This document shows, one piece after another, positions 1 to 9,449 of a DNA stretch of 64,000 nucleotides. Within the stretch, counting starts at the first letter, position 1, and each line of letters begins with the position of its first letter. The translations under genes were made by a program, and so were the position numbers. The notes beneath the pieces were generated by a model. The model did not search any database. It was not told the origin of the DNA and worked only from the letters and a program-made list of their open reading frames with translations. This stretch comes from Pseudomonadota bacterium. Its GTDB lineage: Bacteria > Desulfobacterota > Desulfobacteria > Desulfobacterales > Desulfatibacillaceae. The stretch spans positions 3,851 to 67,850 of the forward strand of contig JBDRTO010000088.1 in assembly GCA_043823985.1 (NCBI GenBank). Reading direction: 5' to 3'.

Positions 1-1
1 C

Positions 2-367
2 GTCATAGTGACGGACAATATGTTCGGTGACATCATTACGGACCTGGGGGCCATGATCCAGGGCGGCATGGGAATCGCCGCCGGAGGCAACATCCATCCC
101 CAGGGCGTTTCCATGTTTGAGCCCATCGGCGGCTCCGCGCCCAAGTACACGGGCCAGGGCATCATCAACCCCCTGGCGGCTATCGGTGCAGCCCATCTCA
201 TGTGCGAAACCCTTGGACTTTCCGAGGCAGGCCAGTGGATTGAAAACGCCTTGATGAAGGTTCTCCGGGAAGACATCAAGGACGTGGGGGCCGGCAAAAT
301 GGGGCATTCCACCAGCGAGGTGGGTGACTTGGTGTGCGAGGCCGTCCGGTCACAAAAGAAAAGCTGA
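2..367 (+). CDS. leuB: 3-isopropylmalate dehydrogenase, C-terminal fragment (gene begins upstream of window)
   Basis: The frame is open from the window edge. 'DNMFGDIITDLGAMIQGGMGIAAGGNI...FEPIGGSAPKY' is the C-terminal signature region of the isocitrate/isopropylmalate dehydrogenase family. leuB-asd adjacency is common. Confidence 0.8.
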   Translation, partial: VIVTDNMFGDIITDLGAMIQGGMGIAAGGNIHPQGVSMFEPIGGSAPKYTGQGIINPLAAIGAAHLMCETLGLSEAGQWIENALMKVLREDIKDVGAGKMGHSTSEVGDLVCEAVRSQKKS

Positions 368-381
368 GGGGAGGGAAGAAA

Positions 382-1404
382 ATGGCTGACAAGCATTTCA
401 ACATCGCCGTGGTGGGAGCCACGGGAGCCGTGGGCAACACGATGCTGGCCTGCCTGGAGGAACGGAATTTCCCCACAAAATCGGTCCGTCTCCTGGCTTC
501 GGAACGGTCCCGGGGCCGCAGCCTGCCCTTCCGGGGTGAGCAGATCGCCGTGGAAGTCCTGGACAAGAATTCCTTTGAGGGCGTGGACATCGCCATCTTC
601 TCCGCCGGCGGCGGGACCAGCAAGGAATTCTCTCCCATCGCAGCGGCCGCCGGTTGCGTGGTGGTGGACAACTCCAGCGCGTGGCGCATGGACCCGGACG
701 TACCCTTGGTGGTTCCTGAGGTGAATCCCCACGCCGTGGCCGGGTACACGAAAAAGGGCATCATCGCCAATCCCAACTGCTCCACCATCCAGATGGTGGT
801 GGCCCTCGCGCCCCTGCATAAGGAAGCGGTCATTGAGCGTCTCGTGATCTCCACCTACCAGGCGGTGTCCGGAACCGGGAAAAAGGCCGTGGACGAACTG
901 GAGGCCCAGGTGAAGGCCATCGCCGAGGGCAGGCCCGTGGAAAAAAAGGTGTATCCCCACCAGATCGCCTACAACTGCCTGCCCCACATTGACCGGTTCC
1001 TGGATTCCGGTTACACCTTCGAAGAGATGAAAATGGTCAACGAAACCCGGAAGATCATGGAGGACGACTCCATCCGGGTGACGGCCACCACGGTCCGCGT
1101 GCCCGTGTTCTACGGCCATAGCGAGTCCGTGAACATCCAGACAAAGAAGAAACTCACCCGCGAGCGGGTGTGGGAGCTTCTGAAAACCGCCCCCGGAGTG
1201 CGGGTGGTGGACGATCCGGCCAACAACGTGTATCCCCTGGCCATTGAGGCCGCCGGACAGGACCTCACCTTCGTGGGCCGCGTCCGGGAGGACGATTCCA
1301 TCGAAAACGGCATCAACATGTGGATCGTCGCCGACAATATCCGCAAGGGAGCCGCCACCAACGCGGTGCAGATCGCGGAAATCCTGGCGGAGAAATACTT
1401 ATAA
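382..1404 (+). CDS. asd: aspartate-semialdehyde dehydrogenase
   Basis: The internal ATG at 382 is preceded by a GAGGGGAGGGAAG SD. '[12 protein letters not shown]' is the NAD(P) fold and '[10 protein letters not shown]' is the active-site Cys motif. Length is 340 aa. Confidence 0.95.
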   Translation: MADKHFNIAVVGATGAVGNTMLACLEERNFPTKSVRLLASERSRGRSLPFRGEQIAVEVLDKNSFEGVDIAIFSAGGGTSKEFSPIAAAAGCVVVDNSSAWRMDPDVPLVVPEVNPHAVAGYTKKGIIANPNCSTIQMVVALAPLHKEAVIERLVISTYQAVSGTGKKAVDELEAQVKAIAEGRPVEKKVYPHQIAYNCLPHIDRFLDSGYTFEEMKMVNETRKIMEDDSIRVTATTVRVPVFYGHSESVNIQTKKKLTRERVWELLKTAPGVRVVDDPANNVYPLAIEAAGQDLTFVGRVREDDSIENGINMWIVADNIRKGAATNAVQIAEILAEKYL

Positions 1405-1450
1405 CCCCCCCACCGGGGAACAAGGATTCGAAATCAGCGAAGCGAGCCCC

Positions 1451-1918
1451 ATGGAACGTACGCCTATCACACCCAAAGGACTGGAAGCCCTCCGGGAGGA
1501 ACTGGTCAAGCTGAAGTCCGTGGAGAGGCCGAAAAATATCCAGGCCATTGAAGAAGCCCGGGCCCACGGCGACCTCTCCGAAAACGCCGAGTTCCACGCG
1601 GCCAAGGAACGTCAGTCATTCCTGGCCGGAAGGATTCAGGAGCTGGAATACAAGGTTGCCAGCGCCGAAGTTATCTCCCCGGGTAGCGGTCCCAAGGACC
1701 GGGCTGTGTTCGGAGTCACGGTGGTCCTGGAGAACACCGACACCGGCGAGGAGATCCATTACCTCCTCGTGGGGCCCGATGAATCGGACATCAAGAAAGG
1801 CCGCATTTCCGTCAAGAGCCCCCTTGGCATGGCCATTTTGGGCAAACGGGTGGACGACGAAATCAAAGTCCAGGTTCCCGGGGGAGTTCGGTCCTACTGT
1901 TTGGTGGACATCAAGTAA
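1451..1918 (+). CDS. greA: transcription elongation factor GreA
   Basis: ATG at 1451. '[13 protein letters not shown]...[20 protein letters not shown]' is the GreA coiled-coil signature, and the C-terminal '[14 protein letters not shown]' is also present. Length is 155 aa. Confidence 0.95.
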   Translation: MERTPITPKGLEALREELVKLKSVERPKNIQAIEEARAHGDLSENAEFHAAKERQSFLAGRIQELEYKVASAEVISPGSGPKDRAVFGVTVVLENTDTGEEIHYLLVGPDESDIKKGRISVKSPLGMAILGKRVDDEIKVQVPGGVRSYCLVDIK

Positions 1919-1932
1919 ACAAGGAGAAAATC

Positions 1933-2151
1933 ATGGCCCGCATCACTATCGAAGACTGTCTGAAGCGTGTGCCGAACCGTTTCGTCCTCATCCACATGGC
2001 TGCCAAAAGGGTCCGCCAGGTGCGGGAAGGCTCCGAATACCTGGTGATTTCGCCCAAGAACGAGGACATCGTCGTTGCCTTGCGGGAGATCGCGGCGGAC
2101 AAGGTGTATATGCTGCCGCCCAAGGATAGCCGTCCCAAAGAGATTGAATGA
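1933..2151 (+). CDS. rpoZ: DNA-directed RNA polymerase subunit omega
   Basis: 72 aa. 'MARITIEDCLKRVPNRFVLIHMAAKRVRQV' is a typical RpoZ N-terminus. An AAGGAGAA SD lies upstream. Confidence 0.9.
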   Translation: MARITIEDCLKRVPNRFVLIHMAAKRVRQVREGSEYLVISPKNEDIVVALREIAADKVYMLPPKDSRPKEIE

Positions 2152-2924
2152 CCCGTTTCCGCCAGCTCCGGGGAAGCCCCCTGTCCCCATCCCTGTATCG
2201 GGCCATCAACCGCAAGGTGGGCCGGGCTCAGGTGGAATGGGACATGATCTCCAAGGGGGACCGGATCCTGGTGGGAGTCTCCGGGGGCAAGGACAGCCTT
2301 TCGCTCCTCTGGATCATGAGGGAGCGCCTGCAACGGATCCCCATCCCCCATGAACTGGTAGCCGGCCACGTGAACCCCGGATTCCCCGGGGGCTCCTCGG
2401 ACCGGCTGGCCGAATGGTACCGGGACCAGGGTTTTCATCTGGAGGTCCTGCACACCCAGGACGGCCCCCTGGCCCACAGTGAAGCCAACCGGGAGAATCC
2501 CTGCTTCCTGTGCTCCCGCAGGCGAAAGAAGCACCTTTTTGAAATGGCCGATCGCCTGGGCTGCAACAAGGTGGCCCTGGGGCACCACAAGGACGACCTC
2601 ATCGAAAGTCTTTTGCTGAGCATGTGCTACGCCGGGGAAATGGTCACCATGAGGCCTAAACAGGAATTCTTCGGAGGCCGCATGACCATCATCCGGCCTC
2701 TCGCCTACGTGGACGAGGAGCATCTGGTGAGATTCGCCCGGGTCCTTGGGTTCCCCAAGTTCCCCAGCGGATGCCCGTCGGACGGAAAGTCCAAACGGTC
2801 GGAAATCAAGGATCTCCTGGCCAAACTGTACGCAGGAAACCGCAAGATCAAAGGCAACCTCTTCCGTTCCATGAGCCGGGTGCGAACGGAATTTCTTTTG
2901 ACGCGCTCGGACGGCGCCTCTTGA
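2148..2924 (+). CDS. PP-loop ATPase, tRNA 2-thiocytidine biosynthesis TtcA-like
   Basis: 'VGVSGGKDS' PP-loop and 'NPCFLCSRRRKKHLF' Cys motif are typical of the TtcA family. ATGA start/stop overlap with rpoZ. Confidence 0.8.
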   Translation: MTRFRQLRGSPLSPSLYRAINRKVGRAQVEWDMISKGDRILVGVSGGKDSLSLLWIMRERLQRIPIPHELVAGHVNPGFPGGSSDRLAEWYRDQGFHLEVLHTQDGPLAHSEANRENPCFLCSRRRKKHLFEMADRLGCNKVALGHHKDDLIESLLLSMCYAGEMVTMRPKQEFFGGRMTIIRPLAYVDEEHLVRFARVLGFPKFPSGCPSDGKSKRSEIKDLLAKLYAGNRKIKGNLFRSMSRVRTEFLLTRSDGAS

Positions 2925-2941
2925 ATCCCGTCTCCAAAGAC

Positions 2942-3757
2942 ATGATAGACGTCCAGAATCAGCCCGACGACCGCAACATCCCCATCCACAAAGTGGGTAT
3001 CAAAAACCTGCGGTATCCCCTGAAGGTCCTGGACCGTAAGAACCGGTTCCAGCAGACCGTGGCCCACATCAACATGTACGTGGACCTGCCGCACGACACC
3101 AAGGGGACCCATATGAGCCGGTTCGTGGAGATGCTCCACGAGAGCCAGCCCGAAGTTTCCCTCAAAAGCTTCTCCATCCTGCTCCAACAGATGAAGGAAC
3201 ACCTCTCGGCCCAGCGGGCCCACATCGAGATCACCTTCCCCTATTTCATCGAAAAGAAGGCCCCGGTCTCCGGGGCGGCCGGGCTCATGGACTACACCTG
3301 CCGGCTCATGGGGGTGAGCGATCCGGACGACAATGTGGACATGGTACTGGAGGTCATTGTGCCCATCAGTTCCGTGTGCCCCTGCTCCAAGGAAATCAGC
3401 CGGGCCGGGGCCCACAACCAGCGGGGTGAGGTCCGGCTTGCCGTGCGGTTTGACCGCTTCGTCTGGATTGAGGACATGATCGAACTGGTGGAGGGATGCT
3501 CCTCGTGCGACGTGTACTCGGTTTTGAAGAGGGTGGACGAAAAATACGTGACCGAAAGGGCCTACGACCATCCCAAGTTCGTGGAGGATGTGGTCCGGGA
3601 CATCGCCCTGAGGCTCCAGGCGGACGAGAATATCCTATGGTACTCGGTGTCCGCTGAAAACTTCGAATCCATTCACAACCACAGCGCATACGCCTACATC
3701 ACGAGCGATCCGGCCCCCTACCCTGGGGGGGCAATTCCCGTAAAACCGATTCCATGA
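2942..3757 (+). CDS. folE2: GTP cyclohydrolase I type 2 (FolE2/MptA family)
   Basis: 'DVQNQPDDRNIPIHKVGIKNLRYPLKV...HDTKGTHMSRF...CPCSKEIS...AHNQRG' are family motifs. The first internal ATG (2942) lies just after the ttcA stop. The last 59 nt overlap the convergent PBP4-like gene. Confidence 0.85.
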   Translation: MIDVQNQPDDRNIPIHKVGIKNLRYPLKVLDRKNRFQQTVAHINMYVDLPHDTKGTHMSRFVEMLHESQPEVSLKSFSILLQQMKEHLSAQRAHIEITFPYFIEKKAPVSGAAGLMDYTCRLMGVSDPDDNVDMVLEVIVPISSVCPCSKEISRAGAHNQRGEVRLAVRFDRFVWIEDMIELVEGCSSCDVYSVLKRVDEKYVTERAYDHPKFVEDVVRDIALRLQADENILWYSVSAENFESIHNHSAYAYITSDPAPYPGGAIPVKPIP

Positions 3758-4922
3758 CCTTTTGGGCCTTGCTCCCCGGGCTGTTCAAAAGGATCACGAA
3801 CCAACAGGGAATCTTGTCCGCGCGGCGGACGTACCCCGCCCGGCTGCTGATGCCGTTCAATGTCCCGGTCTTGAACCGGACTCCGTCCTCTTCCGGCAAC
3901 AACCCCGCGTAGAGTTCAAACGCCTCCAGAACCTTCATCATCTCCGTGGCGCTGATCCGGTTTTCCCGGGAAATCCCCGATCCCTCAGCCAGATGCAGCT
4001 TCCGGAGCCCCAGTTTTTCCCGGGCGAACTCCTCAAGCACAGATACGCCTTTTTCCAGGGTGGCAGGAGGCCCGAACCGTTTGGCCCCCATGGCCAGGAG
4101 AATCTGGTTGGTCATGAAATTGTTGGAAAACTCCAGGAGCCGGCGCAAATTTTCCTTGAGGTCATAGGGTGACTCAAAGGCATGGACCAAGGTGAACCGT
4201 GGTTCCACCTGCCCCAATTCCACGCTCCGGATGGTCCATCCCCCGGCCTGGCCGTAAAACCATGCGAATAGATGGCCAGCGTACAACGTGGTCTGGCGGC
4301 AGTCCTGGGTGAGGAGTACCCGGCCCTTGGGGAACCGGTTTTTCCGGATAAGTTCCCGGGCGAACGGCACCAGGGGGGTCTGGGGCTCGGCGGTCCGAAG
4401 TTCGCCGGTTTGGGGGTCGCGGGAAAAGTTCACGGTGTTGAAGTTGGCGCAAAGGGCCCCCACGGGCGAGTCGTAGGGATTGGTGGAAGAATCCGTGCCC
4501 GGAATCTCCAGAGGATTGGCAAAGAACCCATCGTCCAAAATCAGCCGGGTGCAGCCAGGTGCCTTTTGAACCAGGATTTGGGCCATGTCCTCCAGGACTT
4601 CCGAGACCAGGAGCGGGTCGCCGTATCCCTTCAGGGCGCAGGTTCCCCTGCCGTCCGCGTACATCTCCGTGACGAACCGGTGATCCGGTCCCAGGAGATG
4701 GAGGGCCGCCAGGGAGGTGAGGACCTTCAGGATGGAGGCGGGCACCCGGAGGGTGTCGGCCTGGTGGAAAAAGAGCACCCGACCATCCTCGGTCTGGACC
4801 AGGACCGAATCCGAGGCTCCCAGGAGGGCGGCGGTCCGGGAAAAAGGCTTGGAAAAGCCGGGAGAAGCTATTCCCAGAAAAAAAACCGTTGCCACAATAA
4901 TAGGAAGGGTCCGGTTCTTCAC
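3699..4922 (-). CDS. D-alanyl-D-alanine carboxypeptidase/endopeptidase, PBP4 (S13) family
   Basis: N-terminal signal-like segment 'LPIIVATVFFLGIASPG'. SxxK 'SILK', 'SNN' and 'KTGT' motifs occur in the correct order. GTG start overlaps the upstream stop (GTGA). Confidence 0.8.
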   Translation of the reverse strand: MKNRTLPIIVATVFFLGIASPGFSKPFSRTAALLGASDSVLVQTEDGRVLFFHQADTLRVPASILKVLTSLAALHLLGPDHRFVTEMYADGRGTCALKGYGDPLLVSEVLEDMAQILVQKAPGCTRLILDDGFFANPLEIPGTDSSTNPYDSPVGALCANFNTVNFSRDPQTGELRTAEPQTPLVPFARELIRKNRFPKGRVLLTQDCRQTTLYAGHLFAWFYGQAGGWTIRSVELGQVEPRFTLVHAFESPYDLKENLRRLLEFSNNFMTNQILLAMGAKRFGPPATLEKGVSVLEEFAREKLGLRKLHLAEGSGISRENRISATEMMKVLEAFELYAGLLPEEDGVRFKTGTLNGISSRAGYVRRADKIPCWFVILLNSPGSKAQKVMESVLRELPPQGRGPDRS

Positions 4923-6388
4923 AACAGATCCAGGGGTTTTCCGCCCTTGAAAAAAGATGCATAGGCCTGGCGGGTCATGTACACGTCCGCCTTGCTCACG
5001 ATTTCAAAAGGGGAATGCATGGACAACACCGGCGTGCCGCAATCCACGATCTCCAGGCCCATGGCCGCCAGAAACTTGGCGATGGTCCCCCCTCCCCCGG
5101 CATCAACCTTGCCCAGTTCCCCGGTCTGCCACACCACCTTGTCCCGGTCGAACAGGCTCCGGATCTGGCTCAGGTACTCGGCACTGGCATCGTTGGCGCC
5201 GTACTTGCCGCCTGATCCGGTGAACTTGGTGACGCAAACACCATAGCCCAGCCGGGCGGCGTTCTGCTTTTCATGCACCTCCTGGTAGTCCGGGTCGAGA
5301 GCGCAGTTCACGTCTCCGGACAGGGCTCGGGAGGCGAGCAGGCACTTGCGGACGTTGCGGCCCGTGGGTTCGACCTCCGAGGTCTCCAGGACCTCCTCCA
5401 CCACACTTTCCAGGAACCGGCTCTTGGCGCTGGTCTTGCCCTCGGATCCGATTTCCTCTTTGTCGAAAAAAAGCGCCAGGGCCCCATATTGTGGCTTCTT
5501 GGCCTCGAACAAGGCGCTGGCCGCTGCGAACACGCACACGCGGTCATCGTGGCCGTAGGCACCGATGAGGCTCCGGTCCAGGCCCACGTCCCGGGCCCGG
5601 CCCGCAGGCACCACCTCCAGTTCGCCCGTGAGGAAATCTCCTTCCACCAATCCATAGCGGTCATGGAGCAGGTTCAACATGGAGAGCTTGAACCGGTCCT
5701 TCACCTCGTCCGTCCCCAAAGGCAGGCTGCCCAGGAGTACGTTCAGCTTTTCACCCTCAAAGGCGTCGGAAAGCTTTTTGCCGCCCTGGACCTTCCGGGA
5801 GAGATGGGGAAGCAGGTCCAGGATGGTGAACACGGGATCATCCGGATCCTCTCCCAATATCAGGTCCAGGGCCGTTCCGTCTTTTTTCACGATCCTGCCG
5901 TGGATGGCCAGGGGCCGGGCCAGCCACTGGTGCTTGCGGATGCCGCCGTAATAATGTGTCTTCAGGAACGCCAGGTCCACGCACTCGTACAGGGGGTTCT
6001 GCTTGCAGTCCAGGCGCGGGGAGTCCAGGTGGGAGGCCACCACGTTGATTCCCTCCAGAGGACTCCGCTTTCCGGGCCGGAAAAGGGCCAGACATTTGTT
6101 GCCCAAGGGTAGACAGATCCCCGAACCTGCCTCTCCCTTCCCTGCCAAGGAAAACCCCTTTTCCCCGGCCAGGGACAGAAGTTCGACAACGGCTTCCCGC
6201 TCAGTCTTGGCCCGGTCCAGGAATTCCATGTAGGAGCCTGCCAGCGCCATGGCCGTCTTCAGCTGGGTCCTGTCCATGACGTCCCAGGCCAGAACCGGTT
6301 TGTGGAACAATTTTTTGGAAAGTTCCTGAGCTTCTTTCTTGGTCCATTTCCTGTCCATGTTCGCCTTTTCTGCCTTTCGGTTTTTCAT
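4919..6388 (-). CDS. M18-family aminopeptidase
   Basis: 489 aa. 'VASHLDSPRLDCKQNPLYE', 'AYGHDDRVC' and 'GSEGKTSAKS' resemble M18 (aspartyl aminopeptidase/aminopeptidase 1) motifs. Confidence 0.8.
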   Translation of the reverse strand: MKNRKAEKANMDRKWTKKEAQELSKKLFHKPVLAWDVMDRTQLKTAMALAGSYMEFLDRAKTEREAVVELLSLAGEKGFSLAGKGEAGSGICLPLGNKCLALFRPGKRSPLEGINVVASHLDSPRLDCKQNPLYECVDLAFLKTHYYGGIRKHQWLARPLAIHGRIVKKDGTALDLILGEDPDDPVFTILDLLPHLSRKVQGGKKLSDAFEGEKLNVLLGSLPLGTDEVKDRFKLSMLNLLHDRYGLVEGDFLTGELEVVPAGRARDVGLDRSLIGAYGHDDRVCVFAAASALFEAKKPQYGALALFFDKEEIGSEGKTSAKSRFLESVVEEVLETSEVEPTGRNVRKCLLASRALSGDVNCALDPDYQEVHEKQNAARLGYGVCVTKFTGSGGKYGANDASAEYLSQIRSLFDRDKVVWQTGELGKVDAGGGGTIAKFLAAMGLEIVDCGTPVLSMHSPFEIVSKADVYMTRQAYASFFKGGKPLDLL

Positions 6389-6392
6389 TTTT

Positions 6393-6833
6393 TCAAGAAC
6401 TTTCCAGGATCAGGGTCACCGGTCCCTGGTTCACCAGGGAGACGTCCATCATGGCCCCGAAGACCCCGGTTTCCACGGTCAGAGAGCCACGCTTCAAGTG
6501 GTGAATGAAGGATTCGTACAGGGGAATCGCCAAATCAGGGTCCGCCGCCTGGACAAAGGAGGGCCTGCGGCCTTTCCGGCAATCCCCCAGAAGGGTGAAC
6601 TGAGACACCACCAGCACCGCGCCGCCCACATCCAGGACCGAGCGGTTCATCTTGCCCGCCTCATCCTCGAAGATGCGAAGGCCCGCGATCTTGTCCGCCA
6701 AAAACCGGGCAGCCCCTTCATCATCCCCCCGGGCCACCCCCAGGAGCACCAAAAGGCCCGGGCCGATCTCGCCCGCGCCCTCTCCCGCCACGGTCACCCG
6801 GGCCTGGCTCACCCTCTGCACCACCGCTCGCAA
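6393..6833 (-). CDS. dtd: D-aminoacyl-tRNA deacylase
   Basis: 146 aa. 'MRAVVQRV...LLVLLGV...VVSQFTL...GRRPSF...GAMM.V.L.N.GPVT' matches Dtd over its full length. Confidence 0.95.
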   Translation of the reverse strand: MRAVVQRVSQARVTVAGEGAGEIGPGLLVLLGVARGDDEGAARFLADKIAGLRIFEDEAGKMNRSVLDVGGAVLVVSQFTLLGDCRKGRRPSFVQAADPDLAIPLYESFIHHLKRGSLTVETGVFGAMMDVSLVNQGPVTLILESS

Positions 6834-6845
6834 GGTTCTTTCCCT

Positions 6846-9110
6846 TCAGCGCTTGGAAGGCTTGGAGCCCAGGGCCGCAAAGGGGTTGTGGAACGGTTCC
6901 GTCTTCTTCCCGGCAGCCTTGGCCTGTTTACCTTCGGCCTTGGCCGGGGCCGGCCGATCCCCTGGTCTGCCCTCGCCCGGATTTTTCTTCATGGACAGGG
7001 CGATCCGGCCCCGGACGAGATCCACGTCCAGAACCGTGACGTCCACCTTCTGCTGCACTTTTACCACGTCTGCAGGGTTCTTGACAAAGCGGTCCGCGAG
7101 TTGGCTCACGTGAACCAGGCCGTCATTATGCACCCCAACATCCACAAAGGCGCCAAAAGCTGTAACGTTGGTGACGATGCCAGGCAGCTTCATGCCGGGC
7201 TCAAGGTCCTTGATATCGGAGATGCCCTCGGCAAAGGAAAAAGGCTCGAGTTTTTCCCGGGGGTCCCGGCCGGGCCGGGCCAATTCTGCCAAAATGTCCC
7301 GGAGGGTGGGCTCGCCCACGGTGTCGGTCATGTACTTCCGGATGTCGATCTTTTTCCGCAGGCCCTCGTTTTCCATGAGGTCCCCCACCGAGCAGCCCAG
7401 GTCCCGGGCCATGGCCTCCACGATGGGATAACTTTCCGGGTGCACCGCGCTGGCGTCCAAGGGATTTTCCCCAGCCGCGATACGCAAAAAACCCGCGCTC
7501 AACAAAAAGGCCTTGGGCCCCATGCGGGGAACGTCCAGGATGCCCTTTCGGCTGGCAAAGGGGCCGTTTTGCCGGCGATGCTCCACGATGTTCTCCGCCA
7601 GGGCGGGGCCCAGGCCGGACACGTATCGAAGGAGTTCGGCGCTCGCCGTGTTGACCTCCACGCCCACCGCGTTCACGCTGCTGGCCACCACGTCGTCCAG
7701 GGATGCCCGCAAGAGTCCCTGGTCCACATCGTGTTGGTACTGACCCACTCCAATGGATTTGGGGTCAATCTTCACCAGTTCGGCCAGAGGGTCCATGAGC
7801 CTCCGGCCGATGGACACGGCCCCCCGCACCGTGGCGTCCTGATCCGGGAACTCCTTCCTGGCCACGTCCGAAGCCGAGTAGATGGACGCGCCGCTTTCGT
7901 CCACCATGATCACGGACACGGGCTTTTCAAGGGGAACGGCCCGGACAAAGGCCTCGGTTTCCCGTCCGGCGGTCCCGTTGCCCACGGCCATGGCCTGGAC
8001 ATCGTAGCGTATGCAAAGGCCAGCGAGCTTTTTGGCCGCTTCGGCAGCCTGGGCCTGGGATCCGTGGGGGTAGATCACATCGTGGTGCAGAAGGTTTCCC
8101 TGGGCGTCCAGGAAGGCCAGCTTGCAGCCGGTCCGAAGCCCAGGGTCCACGCCCAGCACCCGCTTCTGGCCCAAGGGCGGGGCCAGGAGCAGATGGCGGA
8201 GGTTTTCCGCGAACACTTCCACCGCCTCCCGGTCAGCCCTCTCCTTGGTGGCCACCCGAAGCTCGGTTTCCATGTGGCGGAAAAGAAGCCGCCGAAAACC
8301 ATCCGCCACGGTCAGACGCAACTGGTCCGCCTCGGGTCCGGAGGTGTTGATGAACATGGCTTCCAACATTTCCAGAGCCCGGGCCCGGTCCACCCGCACC
8401 TCCAGGTCCGCCACCCCTTCCTCCTCGGCCCGGCGCATGGCCAGAACCCGGTGGGACGGTGCGGTTTTGGCAGATTCCTCCCACTGGAAATAATCCCGGT
8501 ACTTGGCCCCCTCCTCTTCCTTGCCCGGCACCACCGTGGTGGCCAGAAGAGCGGACTCGAAAAAAAATCGTCGCATGGTCTCCCGGGCCTTGCCGTCCTC
8601 GGCGATTTGCTCGGCCAGGATGTCCCGGGCCCCGGAGAGGGCATCCTCCACGGTCTCCACCCCCTTCTCCGGGTCCACGAAGGCCCTGGCTGCGGCCTCG
8701 GGGTCCTCGCCCTTCTGGGCCAGGATGAGTTCCGCCAGGGGAAGAAGACCCTTTTCCCGGGCCACGGCCGCCTTGGTGCGGCGCTTGGGGCGAAAGGGGA
8801 GGTACACGTCCTCCAGTTCGGTCATGGTGAGCGCGGCCAGGACCCGCTCCTTCAGTTCGTCCGTGAGCACGCCCTGGCTCTCCATGGACCTCAGCACCAC
8901 CTCCCGGCGCTCGTCTAAGGCCGCCAGCCGGGCCAGGCCGTCCCGGATACGGGCGAGGACCACTTCGTCCAGGCTGCCCGTGGCCTCCTTGCGGTACCGG
9001 GCGATGAACACCACGGTGGAGCCTTCCTCCAGCAGTTTGGCCGTGTTCTCCACCTGCCAGGGCGAAAGGCCCAGCTCCGTGGCCATTTGGGAAAGATGTC
9101 CGGAATTCAT
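6846..9110 (-). CDS. tex: Tex-like RNA-binding transcriptional accessory protein
   Basis: 754 aa. 'LLEEGSTVVFIARYRKEATGSLDE' at the N-terminus, a YqgF-like middle region, and a C-terminal S1 domain 'GIVTNVTAFGAFVDVGVHNDGLVHVSQL'. Confidence 0.9.
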   Translation of the reverse strand: MNSGHLSQMATELGLSPWQVENTAKLLEEGSTVVFIARYRKEATGSLDEVVLARIRDGLARLAALDERREVVLRSMESQGVLTDELKERVLAALTMTELEDVYLPFRPKRRTKAAVAREKGLLPLAELILAQKGEDPEAAARAFVDPEKGVETVEDALSGARDILAEQIAEDGKARETMRRFFFESALLATTVVPGKEEEGAKYRDYFQWEESAKTAPSHRVLAMRRAEEEGVADLEVRVDRARALEMLEAMFINTSGPEADQLRLTVADGFRRLLFRHMETELRVATKERADREAVEVFAENLRHLLLAPPLGQKRVLGVDPGLRTGCKLAFLDAQGNLLHHDVIYPHGSQAQAAEAAKKLAGLCIRYDVQAMAVGNGTAGRETEAFVRAVPLEKPVSVIMVDESGASIYSASDVARKEFPDQDATVRGAVSIGRRLMDPLAELVKIDPKSIGVGQYQHDVDQGLLRASLDDVVASSVNAVGVEVNTASAELLRYVSGLGPALAENIVEHRRQNGPFASRKGILDVPRMGPKAFLLSAGFLRIAAGENPLDASAVHPESYPIVEAMARDLGCSVGDLMENEGLRKKIDIRKYMTDTVGEPTLRDILAELARPGRDPREKLEPFSFAEGISDIKDLEPGMKLPGIVTNVTAFGAFVDVGVHNDGLVHVSQLADRFVKNPADVVKVQQKVDVTVLDVDLVRGRIALSMKKNPGEGRPGDRPAPAKAEGKQAKAAGKKTEPFHNPFAALGSKPSKR

Positions 9111-9449
9111 GGGGGATGGAAAGACGGCTTTTCATGGCATGAAAAAAGGTCTTCCCTGATCGCTCCTTTCGGATAAGGACCAGAGGCCCGTTTTTCGGGA
9201 GAATGGAGTCTTACCACCCGAAGCCCCCAGGGTCAATCAATGCCCGGATACAGCTTTCCAGCATCCCGGAGTGTTGACACCTTCAGGTCATATGGGCTAC
9301 ATCCTCCAGGCAAGGCCGGACCGGGATACAAGGCGTTGCGCGGCCGCCCGTCCGTCATCTTGACCCCCACCGCCCATCCGGCGGCCGGCCCCGAGGGCCG
9401 CCCCCTCCCCATTGCAACCTCATTCCTGCCTGCAAAAAAGGACAAGGCC

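Noticed and set aside
6339-8918. 859-aa ORF on the + strand covering most of the tex locus
   Set aside because: It lies antisense to a gene with clear Tex motifs. Its translation is Gly/Arg/Pro/His/Leu-rich with no motif and no SD, which is typical of a high-GC shadow ORF.
9274-9302. TTGACA-17-CTACAT as a pyrG promoter
   Set aside because: The -10 hexamer is weak and it would leave a leader of about 150 nt with no recognisable element. It is not strong enough to list as a feature.
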